This document shows positions 25,659-35,983 of a DNA stretch of 64,000 nt, in pieces. The translations under genes and the position numbers were made by a program. Under the pieces are notes generated by a model. The model was not told where the DNA came from. It did not search any database and saw only the letters and a program-made list of their open reading frames with translations. This stretch comes from a virus (taxonomy: Duplodnaviria > Caudoviricetes): the IMG/VR virus record IMGVR_UViG_3300043395_004688. One strand, 5' to 3'. Numbering within the stretch: the first letter of the stretch is position 1; every line of letters starts with the position of its first letter.

Positions 25659-26726
25659 TTAACGAACTCCAACTGTGGCTTCGATTATACCAACGCCATC
25701 TCCTGCAAAGTTTCCTAAGCTACGACCAATGATACTCCAAGCTGGTGCATCTACAGAAGCTGCCTGAGCTACTCCAGGAATATCACTGGCAATTAAGCGA
25801 TCTCCTTTGTTAACTACACCTGTTACTTTAACAGGAATTCGGCCAGCCACTGCAATTGGTAGCGCATTTTTTTCATGCTTTTGTTTGGCATTCATCAAAT
25901 AAGCTGGTCTAGAAGAAACAATGCCAAATATGTTTTGGTCAGCAACTCCGGCGGTCACAGTAACATCAGCACTACCGCCTAGTGATACCAGTGTACCTGG
26001 CTCATAAGCAGCATCGGCTACATAAATCTCAGCAACGTCCGCAAATTCTGCTTCCATAGAAATACCACGCAATTTGAAAGCATTTGGGTTAAAGGTTGTT
26101 GTAGTATTACCAGTGCTGTTCATGTTAATACCCTTACCAATTGTAGTAAAGCCAGGGATGGCATGTGAAGCAGCAATTGTAAATTCTGCATCAGTACTAA
26201 TAATTGCAACACAGATGCCATTGGCATTGAGACGCACTACTTTATGTGTGGTGCCGTTTGTATCCAATAGTGTAGCAAAGCTAATGCCACTGCCACCTTC
26301 AAATGCACCAACATTGACCCAACCATTATTGTATCCAGGTAGTGCTTGATCGTTGGCAGTTTGACCCACATAAATTTTCAATGCTTTGTTGGTAGTGTCC
26401 CACCAGAAATCGCCCGAACGAGCTGTTTCTGTTGGGCGATTTTGTCTACTGGTCAGATGAGCAAGTGTTTTCCAATACTCATCCGAATCTCTAACTGCTA
26501 ATCTATTTTCACCGGTGTTAAACCACAGCTGACCTGCGATTGGACTTGCTGGTTCTGCGCTGCTGGCAAAATTTTCCAGCATGTGAACAAAGTTTTCAGC
26601 GATAAGTTCGCCATAGCCCAGGTAGTTTTTACCCAGCAAGTTTAGAGCCGTAGTGGTATTGTCGACTTCACCGTCGATAAGATTTACCAGTACTTCTCCG
26701 TTGCTTTTATTGACTTCGTATGCCAT
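25659..26726 (-). CDS. Virion structural/fibre protein with C-terminal intramolecular-chaperone-like domain
   Basis: MAYEVNKSNG...GKNYLGYGE..AENFVHMLENFA...GQLWFNT; C-terminal ADVAEIY...GIVSSRPAYLMN...IAVAGRIPVKV. Confidence 0.75.
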   Translation of the reverse strand: MAYEVNKSNGEVLVNLIDGEVDNTTTALNLLGKNYLGYGELIAENFVHMLENFASSAEPASPIAGQLWFNTGENRLAVRDSDEYWKTLAHLTSRQNRPTETARSGDFWWDTTNKALKIYVGQTANDQALPGYNNGWVNVGAFEGGSGISFATLLDTNGTTHKVVRLNANGICVAIISTDAEFTIAASHAIPGFTTIGKGINMNSTGNTTTTFNPNAFKLRGISMEAEFADVAEIYVADAAYEPGTLVSLGGSADVTVTAGVADQNIFGIVSSRPAYLMNAKQKHEKNALPIAVAGRIPVKVTGVVNKGDRLIASDIPGVAQAASVDAPAWSIIGRSLGNFAGDGVGIIEATVGVR

Positions 26727-26778
26727 TTTTATATCCCCTTGGCTTAATTGCCTTTGGTATATTTATTCTTATACCTTT

Positions 26779-27408
26779 TTAACCAGCTTGCACCCTAAGG
26801 GTGTAAACTATTTGAATTCTTTGATTAGCCTGTTTTTCTACTGGGTGAAATATAAAATGCGTTAACAAATTTCCAGTATTGAGTCCGGTTAATCCTCTGG
26901 TTTTTAACCCAATTTCATCAAACACAAATTCGCCGTTGACGCTGGTTGTTGCATCAAGGCTTTGTTGAGTGCCGTTTACAATGTTGTAAACACTGTCATT
27001 GATCATTGGCTCTGTGTAATCTAGTGTTGCAGTAATCACAGTATCTGAAAAGTCTGTTCCAGTTGTGTGAACTTGTTTTGTAGAATTAAATTCAAAGTCC
27101 GGATTATTTAAATCTTCGTCATCAACTACCCTAAAATACACAGTATTGTAAAGGTTAGCACTAACACCAGTCACATTTGGTTTTCTATAAGTGATGGTGC
27201 CAGTGTCAGAAACAATACTGGCGCCTCGTCCAAAATGTATCTCACTGATAAAGCTTGAATTGTTGTTTCTTGCTAGCCCATTGGCTATGGCAATGCTCAT
27301 ATTTTCACGATGGATAGCGTTGTGCCCTTCGCGCAGGATTTTACCGGTATCAAGATCCTTGATAACAATAAAAGTGTCTATTTTAATTGGCAGTTTCATG
27401 CTGGTCAT
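26779..27408 (-). CDS. Virion structural protein (baseplate region)
   Basis: HNAIH.ENMS, FDEIGL, THFIFHPVEK..N..IQIVYTLR; TAAATA 5 nt before ATG 27408. Confidence 0.7.
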   Translation of the reverse strand: MTSMKLPIKIDTFIVIKDLDTGKILREGHNAIHRENMSIAIANGLARNNNSSFISEIHFGRGASIVSDTGTITYRKPNVTGVSANLYNTVYFRVVDDEDLNNPDFEFNSTKQVHTTGTDFSDTVITATLDYTEPMINDSVYNIVNGTQQSLDATTSVNGEFVFDEIGLKTRGLTGLNTGNLLTHFIFHPVEKQANQRIQIVYTLRVQAG

Positions 27409-27440
27409 AGTCATATTTAGTTTTTTCTATATAACCCTTG

Positions 27441-30400
27441 TTAACTCTCTTCAGTAAGCGATTGCGTTACTGTATCAAATCTTTGAGGAATTCCCAGCCC
27501 AAGTTCTGTTGACACAATGGCATTTTCATCCTGCTCCTGAACCAATACAGCCACAGTGGTGATAGTTAGGTCTATGGATTCTGTAATGTCAACTGAAGTT
27601 GGCACAACCTTAACGCTGAACTGATTCTTATCAAGTGTCTTGGTGTGATAAGGTTTGACTTCATCAATGTATTTTCCTACCAATCGATCTTTCTTGTTAT
27701 AAAAATTCTTAACTTGATTTAGGTTATTTGAACTGGTCTGTGTTACATCTAAATAGGTAGTTTTTGCTACCCAATCGGCTGTTGGAATTTGCACAAGACT
27801 TTCTTTGACCAGCGCAAAGAACAGCAGGTTAAAGTAACCCAAGTCAGCACCAACAAAGATTGAATATCGCAGAGCCTTGAGTATGCTTTCAATGATTTCG
27901 CTGCCGTCTTCGTCCCAGCGAGTTGAGTCCCAACGAGTTGAATCCCAGGTGTCACCTAGTGAGCCATTCCAAAGAGCATCGTTGAACTGAATAGTTCCAT
28001 TTTTTCTGTACACTAGAGTTACAATGTTGCCATCTTTGTTGTATGCTTCAATGGTGTCGTTTGCTGAATCAACAATAGCAAAATTAGTAATATCATCGTC
28101 GAGATCAACTACTTGACTAAAGTTTGTCAGGCGAGTAATTTCATTGCCAGGGATATAGTCAGTGGCAACATAATCAGCGTATCTCCAAAGGCCGGTAAGG
28201 TTTCTCGAATAAGGTCCAAACAGCGGCTTGTATGTTCTTAGGTATTTGTCCCAGTCTTGTTTACTCACAGTATCAATATTCAGCAAAAAGCTGTTGGCCG
28301 CTGAAACCAATACTCGGCGAGCTTCTCTGACATTATTGAACCAACTCTGAGGTAGTGGCACAATTTGATTACCATATCTTCTTGCTGGATGTAAACGACT
28401 GCTAGGCACTTGGCGTCGTGTATTCAGTACTGCATAATACTCATTAGGATCTAGCTCTAACACACCAGAGATCATGCCAACTGCACCACTCTTAATCAGC
28501 CTTCTTGCGTTTCTATCAGTAGAAAGCAAACTAGATGCAGTAAAGTCTTTTGCGGCCTGAAATATTCTATGGTCACGGCCAGGTATTGCTTGCCAAATTT
28601 GAGTTATGTTTTCTCGTTGGTCATCAATGCTATTCAGAAGCGGGTAGTCCTTGGTAGTATATTCTCCCGGAGTGGTAAGCTGAACAAAGATACCACTATT
28701 AAAGTTAACAACAAAGTCACCTTTGTAGTATTGCTGACCAGGCACAAAAGGTTTAATAGGATAAATTTCTCTATAATTGTCTCTGGCTGTAATGCTGGCT
28801 TCTAAGCGTTTGTAGAAATAGTCGTCAATGACATCACCTGAAAATCCTTCTGATATTAGTTTAGCAAAATTAAAGTTTTGTTCTGGGAAAGCATCTTGCT
28901 CAAGTCTTAAAATAAGCCTATCGCTTTCTGCAAAGAAATCATTGATGTTTGAAACTAGCAATGCGTTTTCATCAATTGGAGCTATCCAAGCAATGCCATT
29001 GGCGTCTGGATCATTGAGCATGGACTGAATGGCATTTGCAGAATAAATTCTATCAGGTGCAGCTGGATTTAAATGACCAACATTGCCATTCCAGAAATAA
29101 TATTTTGTTTCTACTCTGCCAGTGGTTACATTAAACACTTGTTCTTCACTGTAACGAATTTGTCCAGCTGTGCTACTGCTCTTATCTAATCTTGCATAGG
29201 GAAAGTCATTGACAGTGGGTTCGCTGTCAACTTCGGTCCACTCATATACTACAACAGATGTGTTTGCATATTTTTCTCCCCAGTGGGTGGCACGATATTG
29301 AATATCATCTGTTTGTTCATACTCAATGTATCTCAGCGATGATAGATCCCACCACAGTTTTCCAACCTGTGAGCGACTCCAACTTTCAACTGCTTCTGGG
29401 TCCTTATCACCTAGGTCTGTAACATTATAAACTGCTGGGTCTGCAATTCCCTTGTAGTCAATGTAATTTGCTGCTTCGTCTATGGTTAATCCCTTATAAG
29501 GATCAAATACTTCCAGGGTGGTCAATTGTTCTTGAGTTTTACCATTGATAAGCTTGACCGCATTTAGATCGCCACTGGCTACCATTGGTCCACTGTATTC
29601 TACAATAATGTCTGGCTGGGTTCCTACATCTGATCCGTCTTCAACATAGGTAACAACTTTCCAACTGCCTTCTGTGTCACCATAATCAATATAGGCTTTC
29701 ATGCCTGGAATAAAGTTTACCGGCGCTGCTTGCCATTCGGCATCAGAATTAAACTTTACAGATTTAATCTTAAAGGCAACTAGATTGTAAACAATCTCAC
29801 CTGAAGTTGATTTAGCATCTACTAGTATATTGTAGTCATCAACGATTTCTTTGACAGTTAGTAAAGTATCTAGTGCGCCATCCCCGGCGCCAACCAGAAT
29901 AAATTTCTCTCCAACAGCCAACAAGTGAGGACTTGCAAATGTAATTTTGCTTTCAATTAAATTAGGGTCTAGTGCATTTGGACAGCATTCTTCTACATAT
30001 ACTCCAGGCATAACCTGTAGCACATTCCAGCCGTAACCATTGTAATCACTGATCCAGATTGATGGCAGTAATTTACCGCTTATGTTTACACTTTGCCATT
30101 TATCAGTATCAAATGAACCAAGAGAAGATCCTGTATAGTTTTCTAGGGCTTCGTAGAATATGCCTTGGTTCCATGCATAGTCGCCTTTCTTGTATTCAGC
30201 AAACTTGCTAAATGACCGTGTTCCAAAAACTTTTGCAACAGTCAAGGTGCTGTTGTTTTCTTTTGACTCATTTAATGTCAGTAAGTCGCTGAAATTAAAT
30301 TCATCCAAGGAAACAATGCGTAAATCTGTATCTGTTAGTTCAGCAATACCTGCACTGGGCAACCAGTCATTGGCTTTGCTATACTCCACAGTGATTTCAC

Positions 30401-33400
30401 TGCGAGGTATCATTCTAAATTTTGGATCGTCGGGTTTTGTTACCCAGCGAGGATCATTGTTACCAATTAGGTCAATGATATTGTCGCTTCTTAGATCGCT
30501 GGACCCGCTGTCTGGGTTAAATCGTATGATTTGTCTGCGACCAGTGAAGTCTTCTTTTCGTAGCTCAATTTCCCAAAGCTTTTTTGGCCCAGTTTTTCCA
30601 AATTGGCCAACATCAAACATCCATTGTTCATTGACTTGAATTTCCTGAACTTTTCCAGGAATATCAAAATTGGTATTTCTAAACAAGGCATCAATGGTTA
30701 GGTTAGTACCCGCAGCAGTTTGTACACCCTGCTGATATAAGAATAAGTTAGTGTCATCTTGAATAATGTCACCAACAACGCTATCTTTGGCTGGTACTAC
30801 ATTTGATCTTGAAATTGAATTTTTAAAAAATTCAAACGCACTGGTTTCAGGTTGTCGACTTTTTACAATGTCAGTGGCCAGTGCCTCAAAGCTAGGTAAA
30901 ATACCTGTTTCAGTTGGAATTGCGCCATTGACCGCTGGGCGACCTGTCCAGGCATGTGTTCGTCTGGCTGAAATTTTTACACTATTAACTCTGTTGCCAG
31001 TCACTGAATCAACAATGGTATCATTAAATTTGGTTTTTCTATTGATGAAAACTACATGTTGGAAATCACGCAGCGAAAGATCAGCAAAAACTATTTGCTC
31101 ATCGTTCAATGGCTGTACGCTGTCTGTGTTATTCTCAATGTTTCTTGTTACCAATACTTCGGTTGCCAACGCTGGTCTACCTGAACTAAAAAGAATCTTA
31201 CCAGTTGAGCCTAAGCCCTTGGATAAATCATCAAGATTTCCGCGTTCGTGTCTAAATCTAATTCCAGACCTAGTCGCAACTCCAATGATACAATAATGAC
31301 CACTACCCCAGCCTTCTTCAATCCACTGGAATGCATCAATGGCGGCTTGTTTCCAGGTTATATTGACTCCGCGGGCATCAACTTCGTCTAAGACAAGACC
31401 ACGGTTTTGTTGATATTCGCCAAGACCAATTAAAAATGTTAACACTTCTTGCTTATTGGCCAGAAGATATCCATAGTCTATATCCACTGGAGTAGTATCC
31501 CACTCTTGATACTCTTTAAATGTGCCGTATGCAGTATCTAAATTTCGTGTAGGACTGGTTTTTGTTGGTTTAAATATTGTAAAATGTCTTTGCCCAGGAT
31601 CAAACCCAAATACACGAAATCCGTCAATGTCTTTTTGTAAACGAACTGCGCTATAGCGAAGTTGAGAAACTGATACACCCTCGCTAAGAGTCATTACCGT
31701 ATCTTCTACTGGAACATAATTGTTTAATCCGCTTCTTGAAAAAGGCAATTTTATATTGATATTACCATCACTGAAACCACCTAGCCCAAAGCCAATTCTC
31801 ACTGAAATTGAAATTAAGTCAGTCAAAGGTGTTTCACCAAGATGATTTAGATCTCGATTTCCTTCAAACAATACTGCACCTAGGCCCAGTGTTGGCCTAT
31901 CTTGGAAAAACTGCGTTGGTGCTATTGAATCTACGCCTTTGGGTGCTATGCTGTAATTTTTAACATGCTTTTGTTTGGCATAAGGATCTATGTTACTGTC
32001 AAAGAATTCACTGACCACATTGTAGTTGCTTAGTCCGTGCATTACATTTGACCATGCACCAGATGGGCTACTTACCCACAAGAATTCATAAGGACCTAGA
32101 GAACCAATTTCCCATGGTTCTCTGGCTGCATCTGCGCTGGGTGCAGAGACTATTCCTCCGCTGACTGGATCTAACAAGTTTCCAGCGGAGTCTACAGGAA
32201 AGATGCTTACCAATCTTCTAAGATTAGGTTCAATGGTAAGCTCTTCTCCGGGATTGCTGATTATTCCGTTACGCAATGCCCGTTCAAGTGCTGTGCGTTT
32301 AGTAGCATCTGTCCAAGAGTAATGTAAATCCCACCACTGTGGCTTGATGCTGTAACCTAGTGATTCCCAGGGCGCCGAGTGAATGTTGTAAGTGCCAAAC
32401 TTATCAATGTAAATTGCTCTCCAACTCTTACCATTGTAATTCCAAGTCCATGGATCTGTGAGCACAAAATCACTGCGATCTCTATAATCAAGACTGTTTA
32501 CTTGATACCACTCAAGCTGACTTCTAATTTGTAATCTAGTCAGAGGATTACGGCTGTAGTTGTTGACCAGTAACTGTCTTTCTCTGTCTCCAGATACAAC
32601 TGTGATACCATTGTAGATTCTCTTTTCAAGCTCTAGTATCAGCTTGTTCAGTATGTAATCTTCAGGTGCGCTGCTATCTGGCGGTTGATATGCCGTAATC
32701 TTTGTTCCGTCATGTCGTTGAATGTACTTGCGGCTGTTAGAGCCCCAGGTTTCTTCAATAAACTTTGGCTCATAGACTGCAGACAACCCAAGTTTAGCCG
32801 GGCTGGCTGGTATTCCTGTGTACAAATCAGCTTCGTTGGCATGATATATTACTAACTGGTCTCCGGCCACTGCAGGAGTGTTTAACACTATCAAATTGTT
32901 AATTTTATCAAGAGAATAATCATTGATATATGTTAGCAATTGGCCATTTTGATACACATAAACATGATCAGCACTATAGTAGTCGGTGCTTAATGTACCG
33001 GGTAATTCAAACTCAGACTCTGTTGTAGTTACATCAACAGTACTAACATTCATACCTGAAGTGACCATTGCTACGCCTGTAATTGCATCCACAGAACTCT
33101 GAGTTGTGCCAACCAGCATTTCTTCTAAGATTCTATTAACAGTATTTTCTAAAGGCGCTGCTTCTAGATTGGTCATATTATGCAATTCTTCAAGCTTGTT
33201 TAAGAATTTTCTATGCCACTTCCAAACTGCCAATGATCTAGAAATTACCAGTTCTTCAATGCTTGGATTTAACTTAATTGTTGCCCAGGCTGCTCGCATA
33301 GAACTATGTTCAGCCATTTGTATACCATTTAAGGATTTAACAGCCAAACAGTCAATCCAAGATTGGTCTTTTCTCTTTGTGGCAGAAATTTCTGCCTGTA

Positions 33401-35972
33401 CTCTTTCAATGATTTTTGCAACGCTGAATTCATTGAGTATGGTGTATTGATCTGGATTTAGATCCATGCCGGGCACGGCGGTGATAACATCGTCGTCAAC
33501 GATGTTGCCTTGATGTACAATTTCTAAAGCGCCTTGACCATTTACTAATAAACTAACCGCAGTTACTGAATTGCCACTGACAGTACTTTCAAAAGAATAA
33601 TCAATGTCAAGACCATTGAGCTTGACTTTAGGATTTCTTGGATCCTGCGTTGAATCAATAACTCTGGCCACAAGAACTGTTGAATCCCAACTGATTGTCA
33701 GTAAGTCGCTGGCTTCGGTAGAAACTAAAAATGTTATTGCATCATCAACTACATTAACCGTGCTCTCTGTGACTCCATCATTGACAGTCACTGATGTAAC
33801 ATCAGAATCAATCAAGAACAGTTTAAATGTTGCAGGCTGTCCTCGTGCTACCACTGCACGATTGTCAACCACTGGCTGATAATTGTCCAAATGCACAAAG
33901 GTAGCAAGACCTTGATTTACAGTTATTCCCCAATGATAATTTGCCCACATAGACAAATCCAATGGGATACTTGTTTCTCCGTCAATGGATATCTTGCGAA
34001 CTGCTGCACTTTTTAGCCTAAACCATGCTTGTTTCCAACCGTTGCTAAGTTCAAAGTCCTTGTTGCCGCCGGCCCATCGTCTAAAAGAATATGGGCCCGG
34101 ATAGGTTTTTCTTACATTGGTTTTAAAGTAACTTGCCAAATTTTGCTGAGTAGTCTTGTACAAAATATTGTACATAGGATTCTTGGCAATATTTTCATTA
34201 CTCAATTCGCTAAAATTACTTGGTGAAAATTTTAACTTATAACCACTTTCTGAATCATAGGTGTCACCTTCAACTAATTCAACCAGTGTGCTGTTAACAA
34301 TATTAGGTAGTATACCAATGTTTTCTAATTCGCTGAGCTTGAGTCCGTCTCGACCGTACAGCTCAAATAATGGCTGTTGAGTTTTATTTTTTCGATAATT
34401 TGCCAGTACTGCTTGTCCGTCTTTCCAATAGTATTCAACAAAAGATAAACCAACAACACCAGAGCTGTTTTGAACCACAACAACATCGCCGTTGGTTGCT
34501 GTTTCAACAAAAAATTCACTTATTACACCATTTGAAGATCTAAAATTAATAATTTTATTTAGATAAGGACCATCAACGAGCCATAGCACTCGCGGAGCAG
34601 CATTTAACTTATATTCTTCTGTTCTAGATGTGGCCATTCGCAATTCAATGTTAGCGTCGCGAATTGATTTGTTAATGTAATGACCAGGGTCGCTGTTAAC
34701 TTTTTCAACGCTGTTTACCCATGGACGATAAGCAGTTCCCTGGGTCCACATTTCTAGTGTATTATCAAACTCAATAATTGGTCGTAGAGCGCGAGCCGAT
34801 GACAATGCAATGTCTTCAAAGGATAACCCTAGGTAATCGGCAAGTGTTTGAATTGTGTCTCGGTGATACCACACATTTACTCGACTGTGTGCATTACGAT
34901 TTTCAGCACCTACCTTTTGTAAAATGTAGTGCTTGTCGTTGATGCCCTGGATGTCTCCATCCCATTCAATTCTATCCCAAGGAATGGTTGTTTGATCCCA
35001 CTTGCTTTGAACTACTTTACTGTATACTGTAGCAGTGACCAAATGAGTGGTTCCAAGCAAGCGGATGCCTTGTTCAGTTCCTACTCCTTCAACTTGCCAA
35101 ATTCTCGGAGACTTGTATTCGTCCTTGGTAAGGTAATAATCGTCTAGAGCAATGTAAACTATATCCCCAGCAGCCGGTGGTGTAATCCAGTAAACTTCAT
35201 TGCCTAGAATACGATAGTCAACATTTTCAACTTTTAATTCACCATTGATACTAACACCAACATAATCTTTGTTGTATCCTGTTAACTCAAACCCAATGGC
35301 ATCAACGCTAGCACCTGTTGACACATACTGCTTGTATTCGTCGGCAGCAATGCTGGTCTGATAAGGATGCTGTTGAAAAATTAAACGCATGCCATTCTTT
35401 AGCTCTAGGCTACGCCCGTTTCTTTGCACTGGTAGTGTGTAGTAACGACTACCAATAATATCTCTTTTTATGTCGTAGTATTCAGGCTGAGAGCCACCAG
35501 TGACATTGATTGCAGGCATGCCTTCTTCCAGCCAGAAGTAGTCATACCAATTAATAAACTTGTCTGGATCAATTGGCAAGTCGCAAATTGCAATCGGAAC
35601 TGGATTTTCCTGCGTTCTGTCATTGAAGCCCCATTTGACTGCAATGTCATCTGCTGTTACTGTTTCTACACCAGTTTCTGTAAACAGGACTAGTCCAGAT
35701 TCTAGTTGGCGACGAGCCGTTGGATGTGGCAAGTTAACATTGTCAATGGTTTCGTTTGTTTTTCTTCCAATGGTAAAATTCAATGTTTCAAGGCTTGCTG
35801 GCTGAAACATATTTTCCACAAAAGCATCCAGAATCTTTTTATTGCCTTCAGTTTTAAAAACACCTGGCAATAAGTCGTAGACCTTAGGCAAAGTAGACTC
35901 AACCAGTGTTTGTCCTGGTGCTGTCTTAATCAATGGTTTTTCTGGATTTACTTTCTTAGGATTTTTGGCCAT
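27441..35972 (-). CDS. Very large (2843 aa) baseplate wedge / virion structural protein, positional gp7 equivalent
   Basis: Uninterrupted 8.5-kb ORF directly downstream of gp6-like; WDxxxWD motifs; beta-rich. Confidence 0.75.
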   Translation of the reverse strand: MAKNPKKVNPEKPLIKTAPGQTLVESTLPKVYDLLPGVFKTEGNKKILDAFVENMFQPASLETLNFTIGRKTNETIDNVNLPHPTARRQLESGLVLFTETGVETVTADDIAVKWGFNDRTQENPVPIAICDLPIDPDKFINWYDYFWLEEGMPAINVTGGSQPEYYDIKRDIIGSRYYTLPVQRNGRSLELKNGMRLIFQQHPYQTSIAADEYKQYVSTGASVDAIGFELTGYNKDYVGVSINGELKVENVDYRILGNEVYWITPPAAGDIVYIALDDYYLTKDEYKSPRIWQVEGVGTEQGIRLLGTTHLVTATVYSKVVQSKWDQTTIPWDRIEWDGDIQGINDKHYILQKVGAENRNAHSRVNVWYHRDTIQTLADYLGLSFEDIALSSARALRPIIEFDNTLEMWTQGTAYRPWVNSVEKVNSDPGHYINKSIRDANIELRMATSRTEEYKLNAAPRVLWLVDGPYLNKIINFRSSNGVISEFFVETATNGDVVVVQNSSGVVGLSFVEYYWKDGQAVLANYRKNKTQQPLFELYGRDGLKLSELENIGILPNIVNSTLVELVEGDTYDSESGYKLKFSPSNFSELSNENIAKNPMYNILYKTTQQNLASYFKTNVRKTYPGPYSFRRWAGGNKDFELSNGWKQAWFRLKSAAVRKISIDGETSIPLDLSMWANYHWGITVNQGLATFVHLDNYQPVVDNRAVVARGQPATFKLFLIDSDVTSVTVNDGVTESTVNVVDDAITFLVSTEASDLLTISWDSTVLVARVIDSTQDPRNPKVKLNGLDIDYSFESTVSGNSVTAVSLLVNGQGALEIVHQGNIVDDDVITAVPGMDLNPDQYTILNEFSVAKIIERVQAEISATKRKDQSWIDCLAVKSLNGIQMAEHSSMRAAWATIKLNPSIEELVISRSLAVWKWHRKFLNKLEELHNMTNLEAAPLENTVNRILEEMLVGTTQSSVDAITGVAMVTSGMNVSTVDVTTTESEFELPGTLSTDYYSADHVYVYQNGQLLTYINDYSLDKINNLIVLNTPAVAGDQLVIYHANEADLYTGIPASPAKLGLSAVYEPKFIEETWGSNSRKYIQRHDGTKITAYQPPDSSAPEDYILNKLILELEKRIYNGITVVSGDRERQLLVNNYSRNPLTRLQIRSQLEWYQVNSLDYRDRSDFVLTDPWTWNYNGKSWRAIYIDKFGTYNIHSAPWESLGYSIKPQWWDLHYSWTDATKRTALERALRNGIISNPGEELTIEPNLRRLVSIFPVDSAGNLLDPVSGGIVSAPSADAAREPWEIGSLGPYEFLWVSSPSGAWSNVMHGLSNYNVVSEFFDSNIDPYAKQKHVKNYSIAPKGVDSIAPTQFFQDRPTLGLGAVLFEGNRDLNHLGETPLTDLISISVRIGFGLGGFSDGNINIKLPFSRSGLNNYVPVEDTVMTLSEGVSVSQLRYSAVRLQKDIDGFRVFGFDPGQRHFTIFKPTKTSPTRNLDTAYGTFKEYQEWDTTPVDIDYGYLLANKQEVLTFLIGLGEYQQNRGLVLDEVDARGVNITWKQAAIDAFQWIEEGWGSGHYCIIGVATRSGIRFRHERGNLDDLSKGLGSTGKILFSSGRPALATEVLVTRNIENNTDSVQPLNDEQIVFADLSLRDFQHVVFINRKTKFNDTIVDSVTGNRVNSVKISARRTHAWTGRPAVNGAIPTETGILPSFEALATDIVKSRQPETSAFEFFKNSISRSNVVPAKDSVVGDIIQDDTNLFLYQQGVQTAAGTNLTIDALFRNTNFDIPGKVQEIQVNEQWMFDVGQFGKTGPKKLWEIELRKEDFTGRRQIIRFNPDSGSSDLRSDNIIDLIGNNDPRWVTKPDDPKFRMIPRSEITVEYSKANDWLPSAGIAELTDTDLRIVSLDEFNFSDLLTLNESKENNSTLTVAKVFGTRSFSKFAEYKKGDYAWNQGIFYEALENYTGSSLGSFDTDKWQSVNISGKLLPSIWISDYNGYGWNVLQVMPGVYVEECCPNALDPNLIESKITFASPHLLAVGEKFILVGAGDGALDTLLTVKEIVDDYNILVDAKSTSGEIVYNLVAFKIKSVKFNSDAEWQAAPVNFIPGMKAYIDYGDTEGSWKVVTYVEDGSDVGTQPDIIVEYSGPMVASGDLNAVKLINGKTQEQLTTLEVFDPYKGLTIDEAANYIDYKGIADPAVYNVTDLGDKDPEAVESWSRSQVGKLWWDLSSLRYIEYEQTDDIQYRATHWGEKYANTSVVVYEWTEVDSEPTVNDFPYARLDKSSSTAGQIRYSEEQVFNVTTGRVETKYYFWNGNVGHLNPAAPDRIYSANAIQSMLNDPDANGIAWIAPIDENALLVSNINDFFAESDRLILRLEQDAFPEQNFNFAKLISEGFSGDVIDDYFYKRLEASITARDNYREIYPIKPFVPGQQYYKGDFVVNFNSGIFVQLTTPGEYTTKDYPLLNSIDDQRENITQIWQAIPGRDHRIFQAAKDFTASSLLSTDRNARRLIKSGAVGMISGVLELDPNEYYAVLNTRRQVPSSRLHPARRYGNQIVPLPQSWFNNVREARRVLVSAANSFLLNIDTVSKQDWDKYLRTYKPLFGPYSRNLTGLWRYADYVATDYIPGNEITRLTNFSQVVDLDDDITNFAIVDSANDTIEAYNKDGNIVTLVYRKNGTIQFNDALWNGSLGDTWDSTRWDSTRWDEDGSEIIESILKALRYSIFVGADLGYFNLLFFALVKESLVQIPTADWVAKTTYLDVTQTSSNNLNQVKNFYNKKDRLVGKYIDEVKPYHTKTLDKNQFSVKVVPTSVDITESIDLTITTVAVLVQEQDENAIVSTELGLGIPQRFDTVTQSLTEES

Positions 35973-35983
35973 CTTCTAATACC

